Source: Octopus sinensis
Taxonomy: Eukaryota
DNA: 64,000 nucleotides
Reading direction: 5' to 3'
Assembly (NCBI RefSeq): GCF_006345805.1
Contig: NW_021834580.1
Span: 1-64,000, forward strand
Shown: positions 62,640 to 64,000 of the stretch, in pieces
How the letters are laid out: every line of letters begins with the position of its first letter
Numbering within the stretch: the stretch's first letter is position 1
The notes under the pieces: generated by a model
The model's database searches: none
Seen by the model: the letters and a program-made list of their open reading frames with translations, nothing else
Told to the model about the DNA's origin: nothing
Position numbers and translations under genes: made by a program

Positions 62640-62848
62640 GTGCTTGTTCTCGCATCACCGCTTGAAAATCGGTGTTGGTGTGTTTACGTTACCGTGAATT
62701 AGCGGTTCGAGAAAAAGAGACCGATACAGTAAGTACCAGGCTTTAAAAAAAATAAGCCCCTGGAGTCGACTTGTTTGACTAAAACCCTTCAATGTGGTGC
62801 TCCAGCATGACCGCAGTCAAATGGCTGAAACAAGTAAATGAATAAAAG
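62640..62848 (+). mobile_element. 3' half of an A-related SINE
   Basis: GTGGTGCTCCAGCATGACCGCAGTCAAATGGCTGAAACAAGTAAA tail. Confidence 0.75.
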
Positions 62849-62929
62849 AATACGCAAACAAACACACACACACACACACATTGTTATACTTGGGGGTGGT
62901 AATATTTTGCCAATTAAATACATGCACTA

Positions 62930-63771
62930 CGAGCTCTGATCAATAAGTATACAGACTGTTGCCATGGTAACGAAGCTAGAGCCCGTAGAGTAAAGCCGCT
63001 TGGCAAAGATTGACCTTGAACATTGCTGTGCATGCGCACTAAGTTTTAACGTTCTAGCTCATTTCCTCTGTTTACAGCAGTGCTTGGAAGGAAGGTGGGT
63101 AGCGTGTGATATCGCATTGACCATAATAGAGAAAGTTGTCATGGTGATACCTGCTCAGAAGCCTACGCAAAGTTGCAGAAAGGGTATGAGCTGCACACAG
63201 GTGTACAAATGGTTCAGTTGTTTCCAAGACGGCCGAAAACATGTCGTTATTGACGATCTTTCTGGGAGACCCACAGCCAGCAGAACTGAGAAAACATCGC
63301 AGATGTGCGCGCAGCTGTAAGGGAAAATCGCCGAATTACCATCCGTAAGTTATCAGAGGTTGTGCAGAATAGTTACAATTCAGTTCAGTCCGTTATCAGT
63401 GAAGATTTGGATATGAGACGCATGTCCGCCAAGTTTGCGCCAAAACTGCTTTCATCTGACCAAAAAGACATTCGGGTTTTAGTTGGCCAAGATCTAGATT
63501 GTGTCCAGCACGATGAAAGCCTTTTGAAAATTTTGCGCAGGCTTGTGAGTAGGTATCCCCAAGCTTTTGGCAAAATTTGATGCAGATTCTCTGTTCAACT
63601 TCCTCCGTCATGGTCAATGCGAAGATCACACGCTACACATCTTCCTTCCAAGCACTACTGTAAACAGCGGTCTGAGCTAGAACATTCAAGGCCAATCTGT
63701 GTCAAGTGGCTTTACTCTGCATGCTTTAGCTTCGTTACAATGGCAACAGGCCGGATACTTATCAGAACACT
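62930..63771. mobile_element. mariner derivative made of two inverted 5' ends
   Basis: Plus arm encodes HTH to KFAPKLLS; minus arm encodes MTEEVEQRICIKFCQKLGDT; both outer ends are homologous TIR plus 5'UTR flanked by TA. Confidence 0.82.
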
Positions 63772-64000
63772 TACATGTTTGGTCTTCACTTCAGCCTTAT
63801 TATTGTTGTTGATGTTGGTGTTGTTGTTGCTTCTTTGACAAAGCTCTTTCGTCCACACAGTCTATGACCACTTCTGCGTTTCATCCCACGTGTCTCCACT
63901 CGTTTTGCCTTAGTCCATAATGGACACAAGAGGAGACACGTGGGATAAAGTGTCGTTGAAGGTCACAGGATGTACAAGAGCTTAGACAAAGGACATTAAA

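Overview
AT-rich, repeat-saturated animal genomic DNA, most likely from an octopus. That assignment is an inference from the SINE families and the extreme microsatellite load; no search was run. I find no supportable host protein-coding gene: nearly all ORFs in the track are microsatellite or SINE read-throughs. The window is a mosaic of about 45 tRNA-headed SINE copies from four modular families (here called A-D) plus chimeras. It also holds a near full-length, lightly disrupted CR1-group LINE (16.2-20.7 kb, minus strand) with an older truncated copy beside it, and fragments of CRE-like, HERO/R2-like and R4/Dong-like non-LTR elements. DNA transposons include a Tigger/pogo fossil with five nested insertions, three mariner relics, a non-autonomous Helitron and several MITEs. 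The three most notable observations are: (1) the CR1 ORF1 appears to be built from an N-terminal SANT/Myb-like module, a poly-Q linker and two tandem C-x8-C-x4-C-x3-H fingers; (2) at least seven minimal type I hammerhead-ribozyme motifs of the Penelope pLTR/retrozyme kind occur in several short repeat families, including a CUGUAGA core variant and one motif behind a tRNA-like head; (3) a covarying 3' stem-loop tail is shared by the CR1 LINE and SINE family A, suggesting a LINE/SINE partnership. All folds and alignments were done by eye, and coordinates of degenerate repeat edges are approximate.
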